Made by a program: the position numbers and the translations under genes. A stretch of DNA of 64,000 bases. It comes from the human T2T-CHM13v2.0 reference genome, Homo sapiens. Every line of letters starts with the position of its first letter. Position 1 is the stretch's first letter. Below, in pieces: positions 1 through 14,189 of this stretch. The DNA lies in the NCBI GenBank assembly GCA_009914755.4, contig CP086569.2:40512001-40576000 (forward strand), given 5' to 3'. The notes beneath the pieces were generated by a model, which was given only the letters and a program-made list of their open reading frames with translations, made no database searches and was not told the origin of the DNA.

Positions 1-3000
1 GGAATCGAACCACAAGGAATGGACAGGAATAGAATGGTCTCGAATTGAATGGAATCGTATGGAATGGCATCAAACGGAATGGAATGGACAGCCACGGAAT
101 GGAATGGACTCGAATGCAATGGAGTCGAAACTTATGGACTGGAATAGAATGGACTCGACTGGTACGGACTCCAATGGAATGGAATCGAATGGAAGGGATT
201 CGAACGGAATGGACTCGAAGGGAAAAGACTGCAATGGAAAGGTCTCGAATGGAATGGAAATTAATGGAATGGAATGGAATCGAATGAAATGGAGTCAAAA
301 GGAATGGAATCGAATGGCAAGAAATCGAATGTAATGGAATCGCAAGGAATTGATGTGAATGGAACGGAATGGAATGGAATCCAAAGGAATGGAATAGAAT
401 GGAATGGAATCGAATGGAAAGGACTCGAATGGAAATCACTCGAATAGAATGCAATTTAATAAAATAGGATCAAATGTAATGGAATGGAATGGAAAGGAAT
501 CGAAACGAAAGGAATGGAGACAGATGGAATGGAATGGAACAGAGAGCAATGGTATAGAATGGAATGGAATCATCTGGAATGGAATTGAATGGAATGGAAT
601 AATATGAAATGGAATGGAATGGAATGGAATGGAATGCCCTTGAATTAAATGGACTGGAATGGAATGGACTCGAACAGAGTGGAATGGAAAGTGTTGAGAT
701 AGAATGGAATGGACTCCTTTGGAATGCTCTAGTATGCAATGCAATCGACTGGCAGGGAATCAAAAGGAATGTAATGGAATGGATTGGACTGGAATGCAAT
801 GGACTCGAATAGATTGGAAACGGAATGCAAAGGAATGGAATGGAATAGTATGGAATGGAATGGAAAGGAATGGAGTGGAATAGACTAGAGTGGAATGGAA
901 TGGACTGGAAAGCAATGGACTGGAATGGAACTTTCTTGAATGGACTGGAATCAAACGGAATGGAATGCAATGCAATCAAATGGCATGGAATAAAATAGAA
1001 TGAAAGAGAATCAAATGGAATTGAATCGAATGGAATCGAATGGATTGGAAAGGAATAGAATGGAATGGAATGGAATTGACTCAAATGGAATGGACTAGAA
1101 TGGAATGGATTCGAATGGAAGGCAAAGGAATGGAATCTATTGGAATGGACTGTAATGGAATGGAATGGAAGGGATTGGAATGGACTCGAATGGAATGGAC
1201 TGCAATAGAAAGGATTCGAATGGAATGAAAAAGAATTGAATGGAATAGAACAGAATGGAATCAAATCGAATGAAATGGAATGGAATAGAAAGGAATGGAA
1301 TGAAATGGAATGGAAAGGATTCGAATGGAATGCAATCGAATGGAATGGAATCGAACGGAATGGAATAAAATGGAAGAAAACTGGCAAGAAATGGAATCGA
1401 AATGAATGGAGTGTTATGGAACGGACTCAAAAGGAATTGAATGTAATAGAATGGAGTGGAGTGGACTCGAATATAATGGACTGGAATGGAATGAAATCAC
1501 ATGGAATGGGAACGAATGGAATGGAATGGAAAGGAATGGAATCGAATGGAAAGGAATCGAATGGAAGGGAATGAAATTGAATCAACAGGAATGGAAGGGA
1601 ATAGAATAGACGGTAATGGAATGGACTCGAATAGAATGGACACGCATGCTCAAATTGAATGGACTCGAATGGAATGGAAACGAAAGGAATGTCATCGAAT
1701 GGAATTGAATCGATTGGAATGAAATCGCATAGAATGGAGTGGAATCAAATGGAATTGAATCGAAAGGAAAGGAAGCGAATGGACTGAAATGAAATGGAAT
1801 GGAATTGAATGGAAAGTAATGCAATGGAATAGAATGGAACGAAATTTCACGGAATGGAATCAAACTGAATGGAATCAAATCAATGGAATCAAATCAAATG
1901 GAATGGAGTAGATTGGATTGGATGGGATTGGAATGAAATGTACTGGAAAGGACTCGAATTTCATGAAACGGAATGGAATGAATTGGAACGGAATGGACTC
2001 GAATGGAATGGAATGTCATAGAATGGCATCAAATGGAATGGCATCAAATGGAATGGAATCGAATGCAATGGAATGCTATGGAATGGAATGGAATGCATTG
2101 GAATGGAATGTCCTCTAATGGAATGGATTCGAGTGGAATGGAATCGAATATAATGGAGTCGAATGAAATGGAATTGAAAGGAATGGGATCGAATACAATG
2201 GAATATACTGGAATGTAATGTAATGAACTCGAATGTAATCGACTGGAATGGAATGTACATGAATGGAATGTAATCCAATGGAAAGTAATCCAATGGAATA
2301 GAATCTAATGCAATAAAATCGACTCAGATAGAGTAGAATGTAATGGAATGGAGTGCAGTGCAATGGAATGGAATGGAATGGAATGCAATGGAATGGAATG
2401 GAATGGAATGGAATGGAATGGAATGGGATTGAATGGTATGGAATGGATAGTAATGGACTGGAGTGAAATGGACTGGAAAGGAATGGACTCAAATTGAAAG
2501 GGCTCGAAAGGAATGGAGTCAAATGGAATGGTCTGGAATGGAATGAACACGAATGTAATGCAATCCAATAGAATGGAATCGAATGGCATGGAATATAAAG
2601 AAATGGAATCGAAGAGAATGGAAACAAATGGAATGGAATTGAATGGAATGGAATTGAATGGAATGGGAACGAATGGAGTGAAATTGTATGCAGTAGAAGA
2701 GAATAGAATGGAATGCAAGCGAAAGGAAAGGAATGGATTGGAATGGAATGGAATTCATTGGAATGGAAGGGAATGTAGTGTAATGGACAGGCCTGGAATA
2801 AAGTGGAATGCTACGGTCTCGAATGGAATAAAAATGTATGGAATGGAATGCAATGAAACGGAATCGAATGTCATAGAATGTAATGGAATGCAAAAAAATG
2901 GAATCCAAAATCATTGACTGGAAAGGCTGGGTGTCGAAAGGAATTGACTCCAATGGAATGGAATCGAATGGAATGGAAGTGAATAGAATCGAACTAAATC

Positions 3001-3544
3001 GAATGGAATGGAATTGATAGGAACGGAATGGAAAGGAATGCAATGATTTGGCATGGAATGGAATCGAATGGCATCGAATGGAATGGAATGGAATGCAATG
3101 GAATGGAATGTATTAGAATGTAATGAACTTTAATGGAATGTACTCGAATGGATTCGACTGGAATGGAATGTTCTGGAAGTGAATGGACTCCAATGGAATG
3201 GATTCGAAAGGAATGGAATCGAACGGAATGGAATCTAATGGAATGGAATTAAATGGAAATGAATCAAATTGAATAGCACGGAATTGAATTGAATGGAATC
3301 GAATGCAATGGAATCTAATGAAACGGAAAGGAAAGGAATGGAATGGAATGGAATGGGCTGGAATGGAAAGGAATCGAAACGAATGGAATGGAATCGAACT
3401 GAAGAGACTGGAATGGAATGCACTGGAATGGAAGGGAGTGTAATGGAAGGTTCTCGAAAATAATGGAAGCAAATGGAATGGAATTGAATGGAACGGAATA
3501 GAGTCGAATGGAATTGAATGGAATGGAATGGACTAGAGTGAAAT
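1..3544 (+). repeat. HOR unit 1 (3,544 bp) of ~3.55 kb HSat3 higher-order repeat
   Basis: Unit boundaries are set by the landmark ggaatcgaaccacaaggaatggacagg, which recurs at 1, 3545, 7078 and onward. Internal landmarks (gactcgactggtacggactcc, aaaactggcaagaaatgg, ggacaggcctggaataaagtgg, ctgggtgtcgaaagg) recur at fixed offsets. Confidence 0.9.
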
Positions 3545-6500
3545 GGAATCGAACCACAAGGAATGGACAGGAATAGAATGGTCTCGAATTGAATGGAATC
3601 GTATGGAATGGCATCAAACGGAATGGAATGGACAGCCACGGAATGGAATGCACTCGAATGCAATGGAGTCGAAACTTATGGACTGGAATAGAATGGACTC
3701 GACTGGTATGGACACCAATGGAATGGAATCGAATGGAAGGGATTCGAACGGAATGGACTCGAAGGGAAAAGACTGCAATGGAAAGGTCTCGAATGGAATG
3801 GAAATTAATGGAATGGAATGGAATCGAATGAAATGGAGTCAAAAGGAATGGAATCGAATGGCAAGAAATCGAATGTAATGGAATCGCAAGGAATTGATGT
3901 GAACGGAACGGAATGGAATGGAATCCAAAGGAATGGAATAGAATGGAATGGAATCGAATGGAAAGGACTCGAATGGAAATCACTCGAATAGAATGCAATT
4001 TAATAAAATAGGATCAAATGTAATTGAATGGAATGGAAAGGAATCGAAACGAGAGGAATGGAGACAGATGGAATGGAATGGAACAGGGAGCAATGGTATA
4101 GAATGGAATGGAATCATCTGGAATGGAATTGAATGGAATGGAATAATATGAAATGGAATGGAATGGAATGCCCTTGAATTAAATGGACTGGAATGGAATG
4201 GACTCGAACAGAGTGGAATGGAAAGTGTTGAGATAGAATGGAATGGACTCTTTTGGAATGGTCTAGTATGCAATGCAATCGACTGGCAGGGAATCAAAAG
4301 GAATGTAATCGAATGGATTAGACTGGAATGCAATGGACTCGAATAGATTGGAAACGGAATGCAAAGGAATGGAATGGAATAGTATGGAATGGAATGGAAA
4401 GGAATGGAGTGGAATAGACTAGAGTGGAATGGAATGGACTGGAAAGCAATGGACTGGAATGGAACTTTCTTGAATGGACTGGAATCAAACGGAATGGAAT
4501 GCAATGCAATCAAATGGCATGGAATAAAATAGAATGAAAGAGAATCAAATGGAATTGAATCGAATGGAATCGAATGGATTGGAAAGGAATAGAATGGAAT
4601 GGAATGGAATTGACTCAAATGGAATGGACTAGAATGGAATGGATTCGAATGGAAGGCAAAGGAATGGAATCTATTGGAATGGACTGTAATGGAATGGAAT
4701 GGAAGGGATTGGAATGGACTCGAATGGAATGGACTGCAATAGAAAGGATTCGAATGGAATGAAAAAGAGTTGAATGGAATAGAACAGAATGGAATCAAAT
4801 CGAATGAAATGGAATGGAATAGAAAGGAATGGAATGAAATGGAATGGAAAGGATTCGAATGGAATGCAATCGAATGGAATGGAATCGAACGGAATGGAAT
4901 AAAATGGAAGAAAACTGGCAAGAAATGGAATCGAAATGAATGGAGTGTTATGGAACGGACTCAAAAGGAATTGAATGTAATAGAATGGAGTGGAGTGGAC
5001 TCGAATATAATGGACTGGAATGGAATGAAATCACATGGAATGGGAACGAATGGAATGGAATGGAAAGGAATGGAATCGAATGGAAAGGAATCGAATGGAA
5101 GGGAATGAAATTGAATCAACAGGAATGGAAGGGAATAGAATAGACGGTAATGGAATGGACTCGAATAGAATGGACACGAATGCTCAAATTGAATGGACTC
5201 GAATGGAATGGAAACGAAAGGAATGTCATCGAATGGAATTGAATCGATTGGAATGAAATCGCATAGAATGGAGTGGAATCAAATGGAATTGAATCGAAAG
5301 GAAAGGAAGCGAATGGACTGAAATGAAATGGAATGGAATTGAATGGAAAGTAATGCAATGGAATAGAATGGAACGAAATTTCACGGAATGGAATCAAACT
5401 GAATGGAATCAAATCAATGGAATCAAATCAAATGGAATGGAAAGGAATTGAATGGAGTAGATTGGATTGGATGGGATTGGAATGAAATGTACTGGAAAGG
5501 ACTCGAATTTCATGAAACGGAATGGAATGAATTGGAACGGAATGGACTCAAATGGAATGGAATGTCATGGAATGGCATCAAGTGGAATGGCATCAAATGG
5601 AATGGAATCGAATGCAATGGAATGCTATCGAATGGAATGGAATGCATTGGAATGGAATGTCCTCTAATGGAATGGATTCGAGTGGAATGGAATCGAATAT
5701 AATGGAGTCGAATGAAAAGGAATTGAAAGGAATGGGATCGAATACAATGGAATATACTGGAATGTAATGTAATGAACTCGAATGTAATTGACTGGAATGG
5801 AATGTACATGAATGGAATGTAATCGAATGGAAAGTAATCCAATGGAATAGAATCTAATGCAATAAAATCGACTCAGATAGAGTAGAATGTAATGGAATGG
5901 AGGGCAGTGCAATGGAATGGAATGGAATGGAATGCAATGGAATGGAATGGAATGGAATGGGATGGAATGGTATGGAATGGATAGTAATGGACTGGAATGA
6001 AATGGACTGGAAAAGAATGGACTCAAATTGAAAGGGCTCGAAAGGAATGGAGTCAAATGGAATGGTCTGGAATGGAATGAACACGAATGTAATGCAATCC
6101 AATAGAATGGAATCGAATGGCATGGAATATAAAGAAATGGAATCGAAGAGAATGGAAACAAATGGAATGGAATTGAATGGAATGGAATTGAATGGAATGG
6201 GAACGAATGGAGTGAAATTGTATGCAGTAGAAGAGAATAGAATGGAATGCAAGCGAAAGGAAAGGAATGGATTGCAATGGAATGGAATTCATTGAAATGG
6301 AAGGAAATGTAGTGTAATGGACAGGCCTGGAATAAAGTGGAATGCTACGGTCTCGAATGGAATAAAAATGTATGGAATGGAATGCAATGAAACGGAATCG
6401 AATGTCATAGAATGTAATGGAATGCAAAAAAATGGAATCCAAAATCATTGACTGGAAAGGCTGGGTGTCGAAAGGAATTGACTCCAATGGAATGGAATCG

Positions 6501-7077
6501 AATGGAATGGAAGTGAATAGAATCGAACTAAATCGAATGGAATGGAATTGATAGGAACGGAATGGAAAGGAATGCAATGATTTGGCATGGAATGGAATCG
6601 AATGGCATCGAATGGAATGGAATGGAATGCAATGGAATGGAATGTATTAGAATGTAATGAACATTAATGGAATGTACTCGAATGGATTCGACTGGAATGG
6701 AATGTTCTGGAAGTGAATGGACTCCAATGGAATGGATTCGAAAGGAATGGAATCGAACGGAATGGAATCTAATGGAATGGAATTAAATGGAAATGAATCA
6801 AATTGAATAGCCGGAATTGAATTGAATGGAATCGAATGCAATGGAATCTAATGAAACGGAAAGGAAAGGAATGGAATGGAATGGAATGGGCTGGAATGGA
6901 AAGGAATCGAAACGAATGGAATGGAAGCGAACTGAAGAGACTGGAATGGAATGCACTGGAATGGAAGGGATTGTAATGGAAGGTTCTCGAAAATAATGGA
7001 AGCAAATGGAATGGAATTGAATGGAACGGAATAGAGTCGAATGGAATTGAATGGAATGGAATGGACTAGAGTGAAAT
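3545..7077 (+). repeat. HOR unit 2 (3,533 bp)
   Basis: Same landmark series at the same offsets. ORF-track proteins repeat with a 3,533 bp offset. Confidence 0.9.
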
Positions 7078-10000
7078 GGAATCGAACCACAAGGAATGGA
7101 CAGGAATAGAATGGTCTCGAATTGAATGGAATCGTATGGAATGGCATCAAACGGAATGGAATGGACAGCCACGGAATGGAATGGACTCGAATGCAATGGA
7201 GTCGAAACTTATGGACTGGAATAGAATGGACTCGACTGGTACGGACTCCAATGGAATGGAATCGAATGGAAGGGATTCGAACGGAATGGACTCGAAGGGA
7301 AAAGACTGCAATGGAAAGGTCTCGAATGGAATGGAAATTAATGGAATGGAATGGAATCGAATGAAATGGAGTCAAAAGGAATGGAATCGAATGGCAAGAA
7401 ATCGAATGTAATGGAATCGCAAGGAATTGATGTGAATGGAACGGAATGGAATGGAATCCAAAGGAATGGAATAGAATGGAATGGAATCGAATGGAAAGGA
7501 CTCGAATGGAAATCACTCGAATAGAATGCAATTTAATAAAATAGGATCAAATGTAATGGAATGGAATGGAAAGGAATCGAAACGAAAGGAATGGAGACAG
7601 ATGGAATGGAATGGAACAGAGAGCAATGGTATAGAATGGAATGGAATCATCTGGAATGGAATTGAATGGAATGGAATAATATGAAATGGAATGGAATGGA
7701 ATGGAATGGAATGCCCTTGAATTAAATGGACTGGAATGGAATGGACTCGAACAGAGTGGAATGGAAAGTGTTGAGATAGAATGGAATGGACTCCTTTGGA
7801 ATGGTCTAGTATGCAATGCAATCGACTGGCAGGGAATCAAAAGGAATGTAATGGAATGGATTGGACTGGAATGCAATGGACTCGAATAGATTGGAAACGG
7901 AATGCAAAGGAATGGAATGGAATAGTATGGAATGGAATGGAAAGGAATGGAGTGGAATAGACTAGAGTGGAATGGAATGAACTGGAAAGCAATGGACTGG
8001 AATGGAACTTTCTTGAATGGACTGGAATCAAACGGAATGGAATGCAATGCAATCAAATGGCATGGAATAAAATAGAATGAAAGAGAATCAAATGGAATTG
8101 AATCGAATGGAATCGAATGGATTGGAAAGGAATAGAATGGAATGGAATGGAATTGACTCAAATGGAATGGACTAGAATGGAATGGATTCGAATGGAAGGC
8201 AAAGGAATGGAATCTATTGGAATGGACTGTAATGGAATGGAATGGAAGGGATTGGAATGGACTCGAATGGAATGGACTGCAATAGAAAGGATTCGAATGG
8301 AATGAAAAAGAATTGAATGGAATAGAACAGAATGGAATCAAATCGAATGAAATGGAATGGAATAGAAAGGAATGGAATGAAATGGAATGGAAAGGATTCG
8401 AATGGAATGCAATCGAATGGAATGGAATCGAACGGAATGGAATAAAATGGAAGAAAACTGGCAAGAAATGGAATCGAAATGAATGGAGTGTTATGGAACG
8501 GACTCAAAAGGAATTGAATGTAATAGAATGGAGTGGAGTGGACTCGAATATAATGGACTGGAATGGAATGAAATCACATGGAATGGGAACGAATGGAATG
8601 GAATGGAAAGGAATGGAATCGAATGGAAAGGAATCGAATGGAAGGGAATGAAATTGAATCAACAGGAATGGAAGGGAATAGAATAGACGGTAATGGAATG
8701 GACTCGAATAGAATGGACACGCATGCTCAAATTGAATGGACTCGAATGGAATGGAAACGAAAGGAATGTCATCGAATGGAATTGAATCGATTGGAATGAA
8801 ATCGCATAGAATGGAGTGGAATCAAATGGAATTGAATCGAAAGGAAAGGAAGCGAATGGACTGAAATGAAATGGAATGGAATTGAATGGAAAGTAATGCA
8901 ATGGAATAGAATGGAACGAAATTTCACGGAATGGAAACAAACTGAATGGAATCAAATCAATGGAATCAAATCAAATGGAATGGAGTAGATTGGATTGGAT
9001 GGGATTGGAATGAAATGTACTGGAAAGGACTCGAATTTCATGAAACGGAATGGAATGAATTGGAACGGAATGGACTCGAATGGAATGGAATGTCATAGAA
9101 TGGCATCAAATGGAATGGCATCAAATGGAATGGAATCGAATGCAATGGAATGCTATGGAATGGAATGGAATGCATTGGAATGGAATGTCCTCTAATGGAA
9201 TGGATTCGAGTGGAATGGAATCGAATATAATGGAGTCGAATGAAATGGAATTGAAAGGAATGGGATCGAATACAATGGAATATACTGGAATGTAATGTAA
9301 TGAACTCGAATGTAATCGACTGGAATGGAATGTACATGAATGGAATGTAATCGAATGGAAAGTAATCCAATGGAATAGAATCTAATGCAATAAAATCGAC
9401 TCAGATAGAGTAGAATGTAATGGAATGGAGTGCAGTGCAATGGAATGGAATGGAATGGAATGCAATGGAATGGAATGGAATGGAATGGAATGGAATGGGA
9501 GTGAATGGTATGGAATGGATAGTAATGGACTGGAGTGAAATGGACTGGAAAGGAATGGACTCAAATTGAAAGGGCTCGAAAGGAATGGAGTCAAATGGAA
9601 TGGTCTGGAATGGAATGAACACGAATGTAATGCAATCCAATAGAATGGAATCGAATGGCATGGAATATAAAGAAATGGAATCGAAGAGAATGGAAACAAA
9701 TGGAATGGAATTGAATGGAATGGAATTGAATGGAATGGGAACGAATGGAGTGAAATTGTATGCAGTAGAAGGGAATAGAATGGAATGCAAGCGAAAGGAA
9801 AGGAATGGATTGGAATGGAATGGAATTCATTGGAATGGAAGGGAATGTAGTGTAATGGACAGGCCTGGAATAAAGTGGAATGCTACGGTCTCGAATGGAA
9901 TAAAAATGTATGGAATGGAATGCAATGAAACGGAATCGAATGTCATAGAATGTAATGGAATGCAAAAAAATGGAATCCAAAATCATTGAATGGAAAGGCT

Positions 10001-10615
10001 GGGTGTCGAAAGGAATTGACTGCAATGGAATGGAATCGAATGGAATGGAAGTGAATAGAATCGAACTAAATCGAATGGAATGGAATTGATAGGAACGGAA
10101 TGGAAAGGAATGCAATGATTTGGCATGGAATGGAATCGAATGGCATCGAATGGAATGGAATGGAATGCAATGGAATGGAATGTATTAGAATGTAATGAAC
10201 ATTAGTGGAATGTACTCGAATGGATTCGACTGGAATGGAATGTTCTGGAAGTGAATGGACTCCAATGGAATGGATTCGAAAGGAATGGAATCGAACGGAA
10301 TGGAATCTAATGGAATGGAATTAAATGGAAATGAATCAAATTGAATAGCACGGAATTGAATTGAATGGAATCGAATGCAATGGAATCTAATGAAACGGAA
10401 AGGAAAGAATGGAATGGAATAGAATGGGCTGGAATGGAAAGGAATCGAAACGAATGGAATGGAATCGAACTGAAGAGACTGGAATGGAATGCACTGGAAT
10501 GGAAGGGAGTGTAATGGAAGGTTCTCGAAAAAAATGGAATCGAATGGAATGGAATTGAATGGAACGGAATAGAGTCGAATGGAATTGAATGGAATGGAAT
10601 GGACTAGAGTGAAAT
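7078..10615 (+). repeat. HOR unit 3 (3,538 bp); nearly identical to unit 1
   Basis: Landmark at 7078. Artefact ORFs 45..287 and 7122..7364 are identical at an offset of 7,077 bp. Confidence 0.9.
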
Positions 10616-13600
10616 GGAATCGAACCACAAGGAATGGACAGGAATAGAATGGTCTCGAATTGAATGGAATCGTATTGAATGGCATCAAACGGAATGGAAT
10701 GGACAGTCACGGAATGGAATGCACTCGAATGCAATGGAGTCGAAACTAATGGACTGGAATAGAATGGACTCGACTGGTACGGACTCCAATGCAATGGAAT
10801 CGAATGGAAGGGAATCGAACGGAAGGGAATCGAACGGAATGGACTCGAAGGGAAAAGACTGCAATGGAAAGGTCTCGAATGGAATGGAAATTAATGGAAT
10901 GGAATGGAATCGAATGAAATGGAGTCAAAAGGAATGGAATCGAATGGCAAGAAATCGAATGTAATGGAATCGCCAGGAATTGATGTGAACGGAACGGAAT
11001 GGAATGGAATCCAAAGGAATGGAATAGAATGGAATGGAATCGAATGGAAAGGACTCGAATGGAAATCACTCGAATAGAATGCAATTTAATAAAATAGGAT
11101 CAAATGTAATGGAATGGAATGGAAAGGAATCGAAACGAAAGGAATGGAGACAGATGGAATGGAATGGAACAGAGAGCAATGGTATAGAATGGAATGGAAT
11201 CATCTGGAATGGAATTGAATGGAATGGAATAATATGAAATGGAATGGAATGGAATGCCCTTGAATTAAATGGACTGGAATGGAATGGACTCAAACAGAGT
11301 GAAATGGAAAGTGTGGAGATAGAATGGAATGAACTCCTTTGGAATGGTGTAGTATGCAATGCAATCGACTGGCAGGGAATCAAAAGGAATGTAATCGAAT
11401 GGATTGGACTGGAATGCAATGGACTCGAATAGATTGGAAACGGAATGCAAAGGAATGGAATGGAATAGTATGGAATGCAATGGAAGGGAATGGAGTGGAA
11501 TAGACTAGAGTGGAATGGAATGGACTGGAAAGCAATGGACTGGAATGGAACTTTCTTGGATGGACTGGAATCAAACGGAATGGAATGCAATGCAGTCAAA
11601 TGGCATGGAATAAAATAGAATGAAAGAGAATCAAATGGAATTGAATCGAATGGAATCGAATGGATTGGAAAGGAATAGAATGGAATGGAATGGAATTGAC
11701 TCAAATGGAATGGACTAGAATGGAATGGATTCGAATGGAAGGCAAAGGAATGGAATCTATTGGAATGGACTGTAATGGAATGGAATGGAAGGGATTGGAA
11801 TGGACTCGAATGGAATGGACTGCAATAGAAAGGATTCGAATGGAATGAAAAAGAATTGAATGGAATAGAACAGAATGGAATCAAATCGAATGAAATGGAA
11901 TGGAATAGAAAGGAATGGAATGAAATGGAATGGAAAGGATTCGAATGGAATGCAATCGAATGGAATGGAATCGAACGGAATGGAATAAAATGGAAGAAAA
12001 CTGGCAAGAAATGGAATCGAAATGAATGGAGTGTTATGGAACGGACTCAAAAGGAATTGAATGTAACAGAATGGAGTGGAGTGGACTCGAATATAATGGA
12101 CTGGAATGGAATGAAATCACATGGAATGGGAACGAATGGAATGGAATGGAAAGGAATGGAATCGAATGGAAAGGAATCGAATGGAAGGGAATGAAATTGA
12201 ATCAACAGGAATGGAAGGGAATAGAATAGACTGTAATGGAATGGACTCGAATAGAATGGACACGAATGCTCAAATTAAATGGACTCGAATGGAATGGAAA
12301 CGAAAGGAATGTCATCGAATGGAATTGAATCGACTGGAATGAAATCGCATAGAATGGAGTGGAATCAAATGGAATTGAATCGAAAGGAAAGGAAGCGAAT
12401 GGACTGAAATGAAATGGAATGGAATTGAATGGAAAGTAATGCAATGGAATAGAATGGAACGAAATTTCACGGAATGGAATCAAACTGAATGGAATCAAAT
12501 CAATGGAATCAAATCAAATGGAATGGAAAGGAATTGAATGGAGTAGATGGGATTGGATGGGATTGGAATGAAATGTACTGGAAAGGCCTCGAATTTCATG
12601 AAACGGAATGGAATGAATTGGAACGGAATGGACTCGAATGGAATGGAATGTCATGGGATGGCATCAAATGGAATGGCATCAAATGGAATGGAATCGAATG
12701 CAATGGAATGCTATGGAATGGAATGGAATGCATTGGAATGGAATGTCCTCTAATGGAATGGATTCGAGTGGAATGGAATTGAATATAATGGAGTCGAATG
12801 AAATGGAATTGAAAGGAATGGGATCGAATACAATGGAATATACTGGAATGTAATGTAATGAACTCGAATGTAATTGACTGGAATGGAATGTACATGAATG
12901 GAATGTAATCGAATGGAAAGTAATCCAATGGAATAGAATCTAATGCAATAAAATCGACTCAGACAGAGTAGAATGTAATGGAATGGAGTGCAGTGCAATG
13001 GAATGGAATGGAATGGAATGCAATGGAATGGAATGGTATGGAATGGAATGGAATGGAATGGAATGGAATGGAATGGAATGGAATGGGATGGAATGGTATG
13101 GAATGGATAGTAATGAACTGGAGTGAAATGGACTGGAAAGGAATGGACTCAAATTGAAAGGGCTCGAAAGGAATGGAGTCAAATGGAATGGTCTGGAATG
13201 GAATGAACACGAATGTAATGCAACCCAATAGAATGGAATCGAATGGCATGGAATATAAAGAAATGGAATCGAAGAGAATGGAAACAAATGGAATGGAATT
13301 GAATGGAATGGGAACGAATGGAGTGAAATTGTATGCAGTAGAAGAGAATAGAATGGAATGCAAGCGAAAGGAAAGGAATGGATTGGAATGGAATGGAATT
13401 CATTGGAATGGAAGGGAATGTAGTGTAATGGACAGGCCTGGAATAAAGTGGAATGCTACGGTCTCGAATGGAATAAAAATATATGGAATGGAATGCAATG
13501 AAACGGAATCGAATGTCATAGAATGTAATGGAATGCAAAAAAATGGAATCCAAAATCATTGACTGGAAAGGCTGGGTGTCGAAAGGAATTGACTCCAATG

Positions 13601-14189
13601 GAATGGAATCGAATGGAATGGAAGTGAATAGAATCGAACTAAATCGAATGGAGTGGAATTGATAGGAACGGAATGGAAAGGAATGCAATGATTTGGCATG
13701 GAATGGAATCGAATGGCATCGAATGGAATGGAATGGAATGCAATGGAATGGAATGTATTAGAATGTAATGAACTTTAATGGAATGTACTCGAATGGATTC
13801 GACTGGAATGGAATGTTCTGGAAGTGAATGGACTCCAATGGAATGGATTCAAAAGGAATGGAATCGTACGGAATGGAATCTAATGGAATGGAATTAAATG
13901 GAAATGAATCAAATTGAATAGCACGGAATTGAATTGAATGGAATCGAATGCAATGGAATCTAATGAAACGGAAAGGAAAGGAATGCAATGGAATGGAATG
14001 GGCTGGAATGGAAAGGAATCGAAACGAATGGAATGGAATCGAACTGAAGAGACTGGAATGGAATGCACTGGAATGGAAGGGAGTGTAATGGAAGGTTCTC
14101 GAAAAAAATGGAATCGAATGGAATGGAATTGAATGGAACGGAATAGAGTCGAATGGAATTGAATGGAATGGAATGGAGTAGAGTGAAAT
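10616..14189 (+). repeat. HOR unit 4 (3,574 bp); carries the 15-bp ggaagggaatcgaac duplication subfamily marker and a long pure (GGAAT)n tract
   Basis: Landmark at 10616. Extra GRESNGRESNG in the artefact ORF 10614..10964 reflects the 15-bp insertion near 10811-10825. Confidence 0.9.
13039..13086 (+). repeat. Near-pure (GGAAT)n microsatellite-like tract inside the HOR (length-variable between units)
   Basis: An uninterrupted aatggaatggaatgg... run. The same HOR position carries about 8 pentamers in unit 1 (about 2388-2426) and about 10 in unit 16 (about 53835-53886). Confidence 0.8.

Noticed and set aside
1-27. HOR landmark ggaatcgaacc, whose reverse complement ggttcgattcc matches the tRNA/Pol III B-box consensus GGTTCGANTCC
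   Set aside because: I found no A-box (TRGCNNAGTGG, reverse complement CCACTNNGCYA) at the appropriate distance and no tRNA-like cloverleaf can be drawn. The motif is one substitution from the ubiquitous satellite variant ggaatcgaatgg, so the match is most likely coincidental.
2513-2917. + strand ORFs of 110-134 aa (MESNGMVWNGM..., MESNHKEWTGIEWS...) recurring in every unit, as a possible conserved small-protein family
   Set aside because: Their conservation reflects HOR homogenisation, not selection. They are MEWNG-periodic translations of GGAAT. Differences between copies are not biased to synonymous positions. Several copies are truncated by simple SNPs, for example 46177..46446.
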